Of a stretch of 64,000 nucleotides of DNA, positions 19,031 through 30,700 are shown in pieces. The notes under the pieces are model-generated. The model was given only the letters and a program-made list of their open reading frames with translations, searched no databases and was not told the DNA's origin. Numbering within the stretch: the first letter of the stretch is position 1; each line of letters begins with the position of its first letter. Source of the DNA: Octopus vulgaris (Eukaryota); assembly GCA_951406725.2 (NCBI GenBank), contig OX597828.1:63116001-63180000 (forward strand), given 5' to 3'. The translations under genes were made by a program, and so were the position numbers.

Positions 19031-20090
19031 TTACTCCAAGTAGCTGCCTTCATAGGCTCAACATGACTCCAGAATATGGTACATGTGTTCCTCACTGTCT
19101 CGCATGGCAAGATCTTTGAACACCTCCTTGGCTTTCGGGTTGCAGGCAGAGGGGTTGGTGTCTTTCTTTACTACACCCCACATATAGTAATCTATAGGAT
19201 TACAATCAGGGGAATTAGAGGCCAGAAATTGAGGCTGGTGAAGTGGAAGAAATTCTCTGATAACCACTTCTGACTCTTTCTGGAGGTATGACAAAGAGCT
19301 GAATCCTGTAACCATACATGTGGTTTTCCAGCATCAACTCTCTCCAGCCAAAGCTTGATCACAGTCTCCAGATAGCTTCACATAGTCATCTGAATTGAGC
19401 CTAAGGTCCTGTTCAAAGATATGGGGTGGCATGATGTGACCCTCACTGGAGACATGCCCAAAGACCATCACAGTTTGGAGAACTTGGTTTTCATGATACG
19501 TGGGGCGTTATATACATTGTAGGCAAGCCACCTGGTATTCTAGTGTTGTACAACTGATCCTGTTAGAAGTTCTTTTCATCTGAGAAGATTCAGATCCTCT
19601 CAGCCTCAACAGGATGCCTCAACTTCTCCAGGAGGTTTTTTGCCTTCATCATGTAGTTCTCTTTGTCCTTGGCTGTCAGAATTTGTTCCTTGTGCTTCTA
19701 GTATGAGTGGTAGCAGAGGTCCTCATTCAAGGCCAGCTTCTTCATGGTGGCAACTTCCACACCCATCTCTCTCACCAAAACCTCTATTCCATTGTCCAGC
19801 AGCTTCACATAGCCATCAGAATTGCAAGATGGAGATGAATTTCAGTATGTAGACAGTCAGAATGCCTGTTGTGTCACTCCCTGCTGGCCATGGTTTCATA
19901 GTCCCCCATTGCAGCTGTCCATGTCACATCTTACAGCCATTCCAGTGTTCACACAGCACTGAGCCGCAATCATGATGTCATCATTTTGATACCTGGTGCA
20001 AATCCTCATAATACAGGTAACTCTTTTCCGATATTCCATTAGCTTCCAGCCCTCCATGTTAGCTTCATTTCATGTTGTTGCAGCCCACTC
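19031..20090 (-). mobile_element. Decayed Tc1/mariner transposase, DD37D (maT-type)
   Basis: Minus-strand fragments IFSDEKNF, WLQDSALCHTSRKSQKWLSENF, NSPDCNPIDYYMWG and EGSYLE*. There are 37 residues between the 2nd and 3rd Asp after repairing one frameshift. The 5' boundary is approximate. Confidence 0.85.
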
Positions 20091-20675
20091 AACTATAAAT
20101 GAATGACTATGAATGGAATGGTGTCCTGTGTCAGGACAGTGTTGGGATCTTGGTTACTTAATCTGCTATGGAAGCTGTGTAATTGGCCCTGTGAGTCCCA
20201 GGACTCAAGACAGTAATCTTCAAGTTGATGATGATATTTTTTACAGTGTTTTGATAATCTTCTTAAGGGGTCAGTGCTGTAAAGGTAGGGTGCAGTATAT
20301 AATGTGTGGAGCCCAGAGAATTGAGTGGAGTAAAGAGATTGGGATATCATTTATTCACCACAATTGCTGAACATAAGCAAACGGTGGTAGAGTTCAAATT
20401 TAACCCATTGTGTTCAAGCACACAAATTATAAGAATATTTAGATACACACAGAGTCAAATCTAGTGTGTACATATGACTCATACATTTCAAAAGACTTTG
20501 TATATTGTTTATCTATCTATATAAATGCACACACACACACATTCCAGCCTATATTAGCATAGAAAGCGGATATAAGATGATATGACGTTTTTGAATGTTA
20601 ATATCTGAGGAATGAATGAAAACAAGTTCTCACAAAGGTGTTATTTGTCTCACATTTGAAAAAGAAAAGGGTGTA

Positions 20676-20850
20676 TCATCATCATCACTTAACATCCATT
20701 CTCCATGCTGGCATTGGTTGGATGGTCTGACAGGGACTGCCTGGGCTCCGTTTGTCTGTTTTGGCATGGTTTCTACAGCTGAATGCCCTTCCTAATGCCA
20801 ACCACTTAACAGTATGGAATGGGTGCTTTTACATGGCATCAGCATGGACA
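20676..20850 (-). mobile_element. Decayed RTE 3'-tail copy
   Basis: CATCATCAT..TTAACATCCATT.TCCATGCTGGCAT...ATGCCCTTCCTAATGCCAACCACT. Further copies occur near 31210, 32750, 46030 and 51520. Confidence 0.7.
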
Positions 20851-22130
20851 CTTTTATATATAATTCTGTGTTTGTTTTCCCTGTTGATAGTTTGACTGGA
20901 TTTATTCGGTCAAGAAGAACAGGTCTTGCTCCAATGTCTTAGCTTTGATACGATTTTAATGGTTGGATACACTTTCTAACACTAATCACTTTACAGAATG
21001 GACTTAGTGCAGTTTTTGTGGCACCAGTGTTACAGAGGTTGCCTTGCCATCAGCCAAACTAAAAGGGTTCCTAAATGCCTGCTTTGTCAGTGCTTTATTT
21101 AATTTACCAACCACTTACAGAGTTTACTGGGTATTTTTGTACTGCCACCATTAGAAGGACGGCTTAGGAGTTCAAAATAACAGCAGAAGTTAAAGTATGA
21201 AGGAAGAAACAGATTTTTTTTTTGATAGGGTGGTAGTGAAGAAAATAGCAGAGAGAAGAATGTTAAAGGGAGATAATGGAGGAGAGAAGGGAGGAATAAT
21301 ATGAAAGAGATGGGGACAAAAATGGCAAGGGTGATGGGAGGGGTTAAGTAGATGAACTCTGAAAGTGTGGGTCAGATTGGGTTGGATGGATCATCTGTCT
21401 GAGTTGGTTCTTAATGGAGTTACATTGGTTTATTGTATGGGGTGGTAGTAGGAAAGACAGCATTGGGGAAATAATAGGGAAAGGAAAGAAGTTGTGCTGG
21501 GGCAGGGGGGGGGGCTAAGTAAGAGGAGATACAGTGCTAATCTATGTTGTATGTTGGTTGATAGAATGGTGTATGAGAGAGAGATAAGGGGATGATGGAG
21601 TTTGGGGTTGGGGAATATTCAATATTCACAGATCAGGTGATTTCCCCCCAATTATCAGGGGTTCCATGGTGAGTTGAAGAGATGATGGAGAGATTAGAGG
21701 TTATGTAATAGGTAAAGAAATGTGTGTTGCGGTTGTGCATGTGTGCACTATTTTGCTATTTTAATGTTTTGGCAAGCTTGCATGGGGGTCAGACCTTCTG
21801 CAGCATTGTATAATCACTCAATGCACACGCACATACACACATGTATGTGTGGGTGTGTGTATGTGTATATATATATATAACAAGAATTGGTATTCAAAGA
21901 ATCAGACCTCACCACATTAAGCACTCTGCTTGATGCATGGCTATCAAGAAAGACTGTGTTTAAAGCTAAGATGAAACATCTGTGTCATTCTGAAAATATA
22001 AGAATTACAATGGTGGAGAGTATGTATAAAAATTGATCAAATAAGAGAAGTGGAGGGGATAGATGTTTATTCAACCAGTTGACAGCTGTTTCATAAGCCA
22101 TGGTAATATTCGGCATTACATCATTTATCA

Positions 22131-22232
22131 TACATATATACAGTATATATACATATATACAGTATATATACAGTATATACAGTATATATACAGTATATAT
22201 ACATATATACAGTATATACAGTATATATACAG

Positions 22233-22272
<40 letters not shown>

Positions 22273-22280
22273 CTGTATAT
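22131..22280. repeat. (TATATACAG)-type minisatellite grading into (TA)n
   Basis: Repeated CAGTATATATA units. Confidence 0.85.
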
Positions 22281-22487
22281 AAAGGCGGCAAGCTGGCAGA
22301 ATCGTTAGCACACTGGGCGAAATGCTCAGCGGTATTTTGTCTGCTGTTATGCTCTGAGTTCAAATTCTGCTGAGGTCGACTTTGCCTTGCATCCTTTCGG
22401 AGTCGATTAAATAAGTACCATTTATGCACTGGGGTCGATGTAATCGACTTAATCCCATTGTTTAGCCCCCTGTGGGCAGTAAAGAAA
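22281..22487 (+). mobile_element. tRNA-derived SINE (AAGGCGGC head, Nin-domain-like centre)
   Basis: AAGGCGGCAAGCTGGCAGAATCGTTAGC...GAGTTCAAATTC...GACTTTGCCTTGCATCCTTTCGGAGTCGATTAAATAAGTACC. Relatives occur at about 30790-30980 (+), 38290-38500 (-) and 49390-49600 (-). Confidence 0.75.
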
Positions 22488-22565
22488 TATATATACAGTG
22501 GGACTGAACCCAGAACCATGTGGTTCGTAAGCAAGCTACTTACCACACAGCCACTCCTACGCCTA

Positions 22566-22860
22566 TCACTGTGACCGACCAGGCTATCAGATGTTGCTAC
22601 ACATCGCTGGTCACAATGTGCTTCGCATTGTTTAAGCGTTCAAATGACGCCATCCTGCTGGCTAAGCGAGCAGGCCAACAGAAGAAAGAGTGAGAGGAAG
22701 TTGTGGCGAAAGAGTACAGCAGGGATCGACACTACTCCCTGCTGGAGCCTCGTGGAGATTTTAGGTGTTTTCGCTCAATAAACACTCACAACCCCCCCGG
22801 TCTGGGAATTGAAACCACGATCCTACAACCGCGAGTCCGCTGCCCTAACCACTGGGCCAT

Positions 22861-22862
<2 letters not shown>
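22566..22862 (-). mobile_element. tRNA-headed SINE with CpGs retained
   Basis: The minus strand begins ATGGCCCAGTGGTTAGGGCAGCGGACTCGCGGTTGTAGGATCGTGGTTTCAATTCCCAGACC, with A-box and B-box-like motifs. Confidence 0.75.
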
Positions 22863-22907
<45 letters not shown>

Positions 22908-23265
22908 CTCTATATATATATATATATATATATATTCTTTTTATTCTTTTACTTATTTCAGTCATTTGACTGCAGCCATGCTGTAGTCAAGCAAATCAAC
23001 CACAGGACTTATTCTCTGTAAGCCTAGTACTTATTCTATTGGTCTTTATTGGCAAACTGCTAAGTTATGGAGATGTAAACACACCAGCATTGGTTGTCAA
23101 GCAATGGTCGGGGGACAAACACAGACACACAAATGTATCCATATATATGACAGGCTTCTTTCAGTTTTCATCACTCAAATATATATATATATTTTTTTTT
23201 ACAAAGACGTACTTACATAGTTGCATAGCAAGTGATTTGATCAGAGATTGTGTGCTGAAACAAAA

Positions 23266-23549
23266 ACAATTGTAGCATGGAAGGTGTTTGTAAGCCATTT
23301 AAGAACACCAAAAACTGTCAGTTTCACATAAACATTTAAATTTAATTTGTGCAAAAATATTTCCATCACTTTGAAACCACAACCTGTTCACTGATAAAAC
23401 TTTGTGCTGTAGCATGAAGTTTTGTCAGTGAACAGGTTGTGGTTTCAAAGTTGTGAAAATGCTTTTACACAAATTTAAATGTTGAAGTAAAACTAACTGT
23501 TTTTGTTTGTTCTTAAATGGCTTACAAACATCCTCCACACTGTAATTGT
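23266..23549. repeat. Foldback palindrome with ~140-bp arms and almost no spacer
   Basis: CTTTGAAACCACAACCTGTTCACTGA / TCAGTGAACAGGTTGTGGTTTCAAAG and TGTTTGTAAGCCATTTAAGAAC / GTTCTTAAATGGCTTACAAACA. The centre is at about 23409. Confidence 0.9.
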
Positions 23550-24983
23550 GTGTGTATATTATATATATATATTTATAAAGATATATTGTTTACATAGACA
23601 CATAAGTGTAACCTGCCACGAAATGTTCTGAAGAGTAGTCTGTTATGTGTTTATGTGTGTGATAGAGAGAGATAAATGATTTAGTGTCAATTATGTAACT
23701 AATATGATTTATGAAACAGCTGTCAACTAATGGAATAAATATCTATTCCTTCACTTCTCTTATTTGATCAATTTATACATACTCATGCATACATTATGCA
23801 TTTTCTTGATTATGAATAAAACATGCTTATGTGGAGGACATGCAGTAGCTTGTGTATATGTGTAAATGTAGGATACCTTATGAGAATGACCATAATGTAA
23901 GTATATCCTGCATATATATAAAACTCTATTTTAGGATCTGGCTGGATCATAAAATCACAAATTTAATATATTTCCGCAAAAACGTTGCATGTCTTGTCCT
24001 TTTTCACAGCCAACTTCATTCTCTACAACTCTCATTCACTGTCATCACTTCCTCTTTTACTTCTTGTATTCATTTTTAACCTAGATTCAATTCTTAATTA
24101 CTTCCACAACTCAGTCTAAATTAAGCTCTTACTCTCTACATCTGGAGCAATTACGATTTTTAAAGTAATGAAGATGGTGCTCCAGTATGGCTACAGTGCA
24201 ACAACTGAGGCCATGCAACAGAGTAAATAGTGCTTGTGCCATAGCAAAACAAAGCAAAAACTAAATTACTCATTTCTGATTTTCATTACAAATGTTCAAA
24301 ATTAATTATGTCCTGGGAGGGAAGGGTGGAAGAGGCTCCAGAGAGGAATAGAAGCAAGTACCAGGAATTAGTAGAGGGCTGCTGCTAGAATGGGTGGCAG
24401 AACAAGGTTTTTTGGCCAGTGAAGGTTGGAAATTGAGAGTTTGCTCATTATACTCTGAATAAAAGCCTTTGGAACTCTGAGCTTACCAGGTACTTGCTGA
24501 AGAAAGGCCATCAAGTGCAATGCAGAAGCTGATGTAGAAGTAAGTAGATGGCTCTGGTTGAAAAGTGGTGAGTGGTGGGATTATTATGCTCCTGCTTTGG
24601 ACACAAGCTTTGGCTTGATCAATCTAGATTGTGTTGTCTGAATGAAGATGTATGTTGTAAGACCAGTCACTCTAGGATACAGCACTAATGATGTGTCCAA
24701 GTATTGCAACTGAAGATGTACGCCAGAACTAACAACAAAAATAATGGGATGACACTACATGCATACCATTTGATGAAGGAGCTTTGGCTGTGATGAGTAA
24801 CCCCATATAGGTTCTGTGGTTATATGAGGTTGACAAACTGAAACAAAAGTGTGAAAAGCAGAAATTCCTACATTATAGCTCAAAGTAATGAGTGTTAAAT
24901 TCAAATTTACAATTTAAACTCCTACAGCAGTTTTAGCATAAAAGAACCTAGATTAATACTTTTTTATTATTTTATTATCAAGT

Positions 24984-25086
24984 GGGTGACTGCTGGTCTT
25001 CCATAAACAACCTTGGCCAGACTTGTGCCTCGGAGGGTAACTTTCTAGGTGCAATCCCATTGTCATTCATGACTGATGGGGGTCAC
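24984..25086 (+). mobile_element. 103-bp retroposon-like insertion with 10-bp TSD
   Basis: ATTATCAAGT occurs at 24974-24983 and 25087-25096. There is a small 3' hairpin GTCAT-TC-ATGAC. Confidence 0.6.
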
Positions 25087-25269
25087 ATTATCAAGTCAGA
25101 AAGTTTGAAATTTCATTGTAATGTTTAATACTTTTGGTATCAAGCTGCTAAGAGTTCTTTGAAACAAACTTCTTGTTTTAAGCCTTTTGTTACCATATTT
25201 CTGTTGACATGCACTACCTTTATGTCAATTTTGATATAAATATGCACGTATCTCTCATATATATATCAG

Positions 25270-26074
25270 AGTATTAATTTGAAAGAGACAAGTTCCATGG
25301 TCAAAGCCGACACACATCTAAACACAGAGGGTATATATAAGCCATTATAAGCATCTGAGCAGATAACATACAAAACCCTATATATACATATAATAGTATA
25401 TGATTCTGTGCCCAAATCAAAATCAGGTAAGTAATTGCATAAATACACACAGATAAATTAAGAAGTCTCAAGCTGATGAGATAACAATTCACAATAATCC
25501 AAAAGGGAAGTCCTCAAATGAATTCAATAAATAGAAAGAGCCTTACGGATGTTTCTGGGAATGTGCAAAGAAGTGTGTAGGTAAGACCTTTTGAACTTTG
25601 GTAATTCACATTTTCTTCGTCAGAGAATATGCACGGATTTAATTTAAACATATTTTTACAACCCCATGAATAATTTTATGACTTTGTTTAAAATTTCCAA
25701 ATCCGTACATATTCTCTGATGAAGGAAATGTGAATTGCCAAAGTTCAAAAGGTCTTACCTACGCACTTCTTTGCACATTCCCGGAAACGTCCGTAAGACT
25801 CTATTTAATGGATTCATTTGAGGACTTCCCTTCTGGATTATTGTGGATTGTTATCTCATCAACTTCTTAATTTATCTGTGTGTATTTATGCAATTACTTA
25901 CCCGATTTTGATTTGGGCACAGAATTATATACTATTATATGTATATATAGGGTTTTGTATGTTATCTGCTCAGCTGCTTATAATGGCCTATATCTGCCCT
26001 CTGTGTTTAGATATGCGTCGGCTTTGATGGGGAGTATTATTGACCTTGGAACTTGTCTCTTTCAAATAAATACT
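25270..26074. repeat. About 800-bp inverted repeat (two ~385-bp arms) with hammerhead-like cores; Penelope-like terminal repeat candidate
   Basis: ORFs 25266-25448(-) and 25880-26089(+) translate almost identically. The arm ends are AGTATTAATTTGAAAGAGACAAGTTCC / GGAACTTGTCTCTTTCAAATAAATACT. Confidence 0.9.
25713..25798 (+). ncRNA. Type I hammerhead ribozyme-like motif (mirror copy at 25541-25626, minus strand)
   Basis: TCT-CTGATGA-A-GGAAATGTG...CACATTCC-CG-GAAA-CG-TC-CG-TA-AGA. Core boxes are in the correct order, stem II is long, stem III is minimal, and the cleavage triplet is GUA. Confidence 0.55.
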
Positions 26075-27172
26075 TTAATTGCTCAATAAATTGAGCCCTA
26101 CATTATTGTTTCTTGAAAAGAGTTCACCTCTATAATTTTTATTACCTATATATATATATATGAACATGTACACATTTATACATTTTGAGAAAACTACCAA
26201 GGGCTGGGGGGTGGGGGTGTTTCTTTTACATAATAAATTCAAACAGCTACAAATGTCACTGATACAATTGGAAATATATACATCATCATTGTGTGTGTTT
26301 ATGTACTCTGCATGTTTCCTTAGAAGTGTACACACAAATAATTATGTGTGTATAATTATATAAATGTGTGTGTGCATGTGAAAATGTATAAATAAGTAGC
26401 TAGGTAGGACGAGCTAATTATCAAAGCTCATTCCTCACTTTCATAAACTTGAGTATCAAAGTCAGGTGGAGTGTTGGCTGATAGTGGGAGTATATATTTC
26501 TGATTCTGGCACAAGGCCACACTTTTTAGGGGAAGTGTGTAAACTATGTAATTGGCTACACCTCTCACCTCCAGTATTTGATTGCTTCTACTAGGTCACT
26601 TGATTTGCTAGTAATAACAGTCAAATTACACTCAAATCAGTCATATCATTTAAAAAAAGCATGCTAAAAGAAATAGACCAAATGGTTATGGTTGGGACAT
26701 TTTGAAGCAACGGCTCTGCATAATCAGAGCTGATTTGGGACTAAACAACAATTAAATTGGTATTTGTTATTTTCATTCTCAAAGGGAAGAAAAGCTGTGT
26801 TTATCCTGCTGGGATTTGAACTCCAAACATAAATGAATGTCAAGAAATTTTTTTGCAGTGTCACAAATTACAAACTGAAATTGAAATGATTTTTTTTTGT
26901 ACACTAGCTCACATCTTTCTTTGTTTCTCATTATATATACACCCACATGTATGTATATTAACAAAACAATGTATAAATAGTTGTTTTGACATTATCATCA
27001 TTCCTTTTTGGTGCCAGTTTTCTGTTGTCTGCAAGGCAGGGAGAAATGATAAACCAGTTGTGATGATATTGAAAGTGCTTCATTTCAGTGTGTTGTTCTG
27101 AGTCAGGGAAGGTGCAGCAGACTTTTCAGGCAGGACCACCCTAGCCTTATATAAAACATGGTGTACCTAACA

Positions 27173-27320
27173 CCACTAGCATAGCTACAGTGTGTTCCAC
27201 CCAGGGCGGCCCTTCCGTTTGCTGCCCCTGAACTCCACAAAAAACACACATTGCCTACAGCAGACCCAAAAGTGCTGCCCCTTTAAAAGTGCCACCCAGG
27301 GTGCCCCACCTACGCTAGAG
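27173..27320. mobile_element. Possible GC-rich hAT-like MITE remnant
   Basis: Ends CTAGCATAG / CTACGCTAG are imperfect inverted repeats. CCACCCAGGG is repeated internally. Confidence 0.35.
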
Positions 27321-28147
27321 CCTAGGCCTACAATATCTAATGTGTCCTTTCATTTTTTGATATTTAGCAACAAGTCAGCAAGTCAAAACATGTTCTTACT
27401 GACCTCTGGTCACATGTTTCATCTGTGGCCATGTTGGTTCTTTTCTTTATTTTGACATAGTAATATTTAGGACTACCATTCTCTTTAAAGATGGTTGGGT
27501 GTGGATTTCACTGGGCAAGCAATCATATAGATCCTGTCTTGTTGGTTCGTTTTTTTGTGATGTTGTTTCATTGTTTTGGTCTGTGCCCTTACAGAATATC
27601 AGCAAGTAGTTTATTTTTATGTTTGTGTAAATGCCTATCAATTTGTTAAAAGATATATCATGGGTCACTGTTTTGTGTCATGAGTCATATGTATGGGATA
27701 GCTGTATATGGTGATAGTGAAAGATAATTATCATACATTGTGTGTGCATGTGTGGTGTTCATTACTCATCAAGTTATCAGGGAGCACCATAGGGTATCCC
27801 CACATTGCCTTCATATAGTGTTATCAGCTACAAGTCTACCTAATGTCTGTCTGTCTGTCTCTCTGTCTCTCTCTCTCACACACACATAGGAATCAAGCCA
27901 ATTGTTGTAAGCCAATAAAAACATTGCGAACTCTACAGGCTGATTGAATGATAGCAGCAGAAGGGTGATGCAGTAAATGCCTTGATGTATTTACTTACAT
28001 TCCTTTGCATTCTGAGTTCAAATTCCCCCAAGTGCAAGCCTTTTCATTGTTGCTTGCTTGACCTGCTAAAAATATCAACTGAATCTTTTTCAAATCACAT
28101 TCTACCATCTCATTAGAAAAAAAGTAGTAGTAGTTGTGTGTGTGCGC

Positions 28148-28179
<32 letters not shown>

Positions 28180-28229
28180 GTGTATGTATGTATACATACA
28201 TACATACACACACATACATATGCACGCAC

Positions 28230-28395
28230 TGGCATGGCTGTTTGGTAAGAATCTTGCTTCCTGGCCACATGGTTCAGGGTTTAGCTCAACTGTGTGGTAT
28301 CTTGAGTGTCTTCTGTAGCCTTGGGCTGACCAAAGCCTTGTGAGTGGATTTGGTAGACGGAAACTGAAAGAACCTTGTAATATATATGTATGTGG

Positions 28396-28435
<40 letters not shown>

Positions 28436-28512
28436 GAGGTTAATTCAGTTGACTAAAAATTCAAGGGGGTGCCTTAGAATGGCCACAGTCTAATGACTGA
28501 AACAAGTAAAAG
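28230..28512 (+). mobile_element. CORE-type SINE with internal TA tract and CR1-like tail
   Basis: GGCATGGCTG head, GACCAAAGCCTTGTGAGTGGATTTGGTAGACGGAAACTG, and tail GGCCACAGTCTAATGACTGAAACAAGTAAAAGA. Confidence 0.8.
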
Positions 28513-29439
28513 ATATATATAAACTAGTCAATACTGTCCAGGGAAAAAAGATGTGATGATCAAGGCTGGCACTACTTTCATTGTAGGTCTGCTTGATTAA
28601 GGCTGACCTAGGGCTAAAATAAATAAGTATCAGTTATATATCAAGGTCAGTTCTCTTGTATTGGTTATATTCCTCCTCTCCCTCTCTGTTACATTTTTTT
28701 TGGCCATATGCTAATATAAGAAATCAATGAAATGGTGAACCAGTTGCCTACTGCAGAGAACTGTACTTTTCCGTGGTGTTTATATATTTTGATGTATTGC
28801 ACCAACTAACATGAACATCTATGCAGTAGAGCAGACTTTGAATTGTATACTTCCCCATAAAACACAACATTTGGAGTCTTTTAATTGATATTCAAGCCTT
28901 TGCTCAACCTCACTTTCCATCCATGCCTTCTTCATTGATAAACTATAATCTCTCCAGTTCTCTCTAACTACTGCAACTGCTCAGGTCCTCTTGTACCCTC
29001 ATATATGTGTGTGTGTGTATATGTGGCACAACATGGTCTTGTGGTTAAGAAGCATTTCTCTGTGGTTTTGGGTTCAGCATGGTTCTTTGGGCAAATATTT
29101 TCTTTTATAGCCTCTGACTGAACAAAAGCCTTGTGAGTGGATCTGGTAGATAAAAACTGGAAGAAGCTTGTGTCTGTCCTTGTCTTGACATCATGTGATG
29201 GTTGCAAAAGAGCATCAACATCTTATAAGCAACATTGTTTTTTTTTTTTTTGGTCTTCCATGAAAAGCATGTCAGGCTGTGGGGAGATGTTACTTTACCT
29301 GGATGTTACCTTACCTTACCAGGTGAGGGTTAGCAACTGGAAGGGCATCCAACTATAGAAAATGTGCCTCAACATAATTCTGACTCATGCAAGCATGGAA
29401 AAGTAGGATTTAAATGATGATTTTTATATGTGTATATAT

Positions 29440-29493
<54 letters not shown>

Positions 29494-30299
29494 ATCTATA
29501 TACATTATATACATAAATCAACTTTATTAAAATTCATTTTTCATTTGCACCTCTCCACATAGTTTCCTGTTAATAGTTTCTGTGTGTCCTTCACTATAAA
29601 CCCACCATTTGCACTGAGCACCCTTTCTAGCAATCCTTCTTCTCCAGCCTTATATCCCACCAATTTACACTAATTGCTTCTCTCTTAATTAATAACCTGC
29701 AGTTTTTGAACTTATCAAACATAATTGACCATATTAGCTTTATCATAGCTAATCAAACCAAATGAAATCAGAAGAGCCAATGGGGCTTGCCTCCAATGGT
29801 TCATTGGCTTGCAAGAAATAGCAGTCAAACTACACTTTACCATCTCTTTAACGAATGATATTGAGTATAAAGTTAAAAGATATGTTGTTGAGGAGACAAA
29901 GTAGGATGTTTTTCATCATAGGTTTTTTTTTTTTGATCAGGGCTAACCTGTTAGCAGGTTAACTAACAACAATAAGCTGAAATCCAATAAACTTTTAGAG
30001 TTAGTCACTGGTGACTCACTCGACAGAAGTGATGTAATGTCTTTGAAGAAGAAATCACCTGTGTCCAGTCATCTGATGACTTCTTGACAGAGAGTAGAGT
30101 TATTAAATGGTTGCTATCTTTTATAGAGCAGATAGTATCATTGAAAAGATCTACAATTGTCTCTATTCACCTATTTGCCTGGCTGTCCAGCTGTGTATCA
30201 GTTTTGTTTGTATGTAGTGTGTAGGTTTCATTCATTTGTTTTATCTTTCAATTAAGATGAAACACACACACAGATTCTTTTTGCGTGTAAAACACATAT

Positions 30300-30471
30300 A
30301 TATGCTGGAGCACTGCCATAAACTGTTTTAGTCAAAGAAATTGACCCCGGGACTTATTCTTTGTAAGCCTAGTATTTATTCTAGCAGTCTCTTTTGCTGA
30401 ACCACTGAATTACAATGACATGACTACACCAGCATCAGTTGTCAAGTAATGGCAGGGGAACAAACACACAA

Positions 30472-30528
<57 letters not shown>

Positions 30529-30700
30529 CACACACACAGAAGACAGGCTTCTTCCAGTTTCTGTTTATTAAATACACTCACAAGGCTTTGGTTGGGCTGA
30601 GGCTATAGTAGAAGACACTTACCCAAGGTGACACACAGTGGGACTGAACCCAGAATCATGTGGTTGGGGAGTGAGGTTCTTACCATACAGCCATGCCTGC
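30300..30700 (-). mobile_element. CORE-type SINE
   Basis: Reverse complement of the 57200 family. Similar copies occur at about 22935-23170, 36625-36975, 38530-38850 and 39240-39865. Confidence 0.8.

Noticed and set aside
22800-22862. tRNA gene
   Set aside because: This is a tRNA-like SINE head continuous with a SINE body, with no complete cloverleaf; the same applies at 57205.
25325-25400. GIY-YIG endonuclease motif (EGIYK...LYIH) in the palindrome arm
   Set aside because: In-frame stop, wrong spacing and no YIG or downstream Arg/Glu motifs; likely chance in TA-rich DNA.
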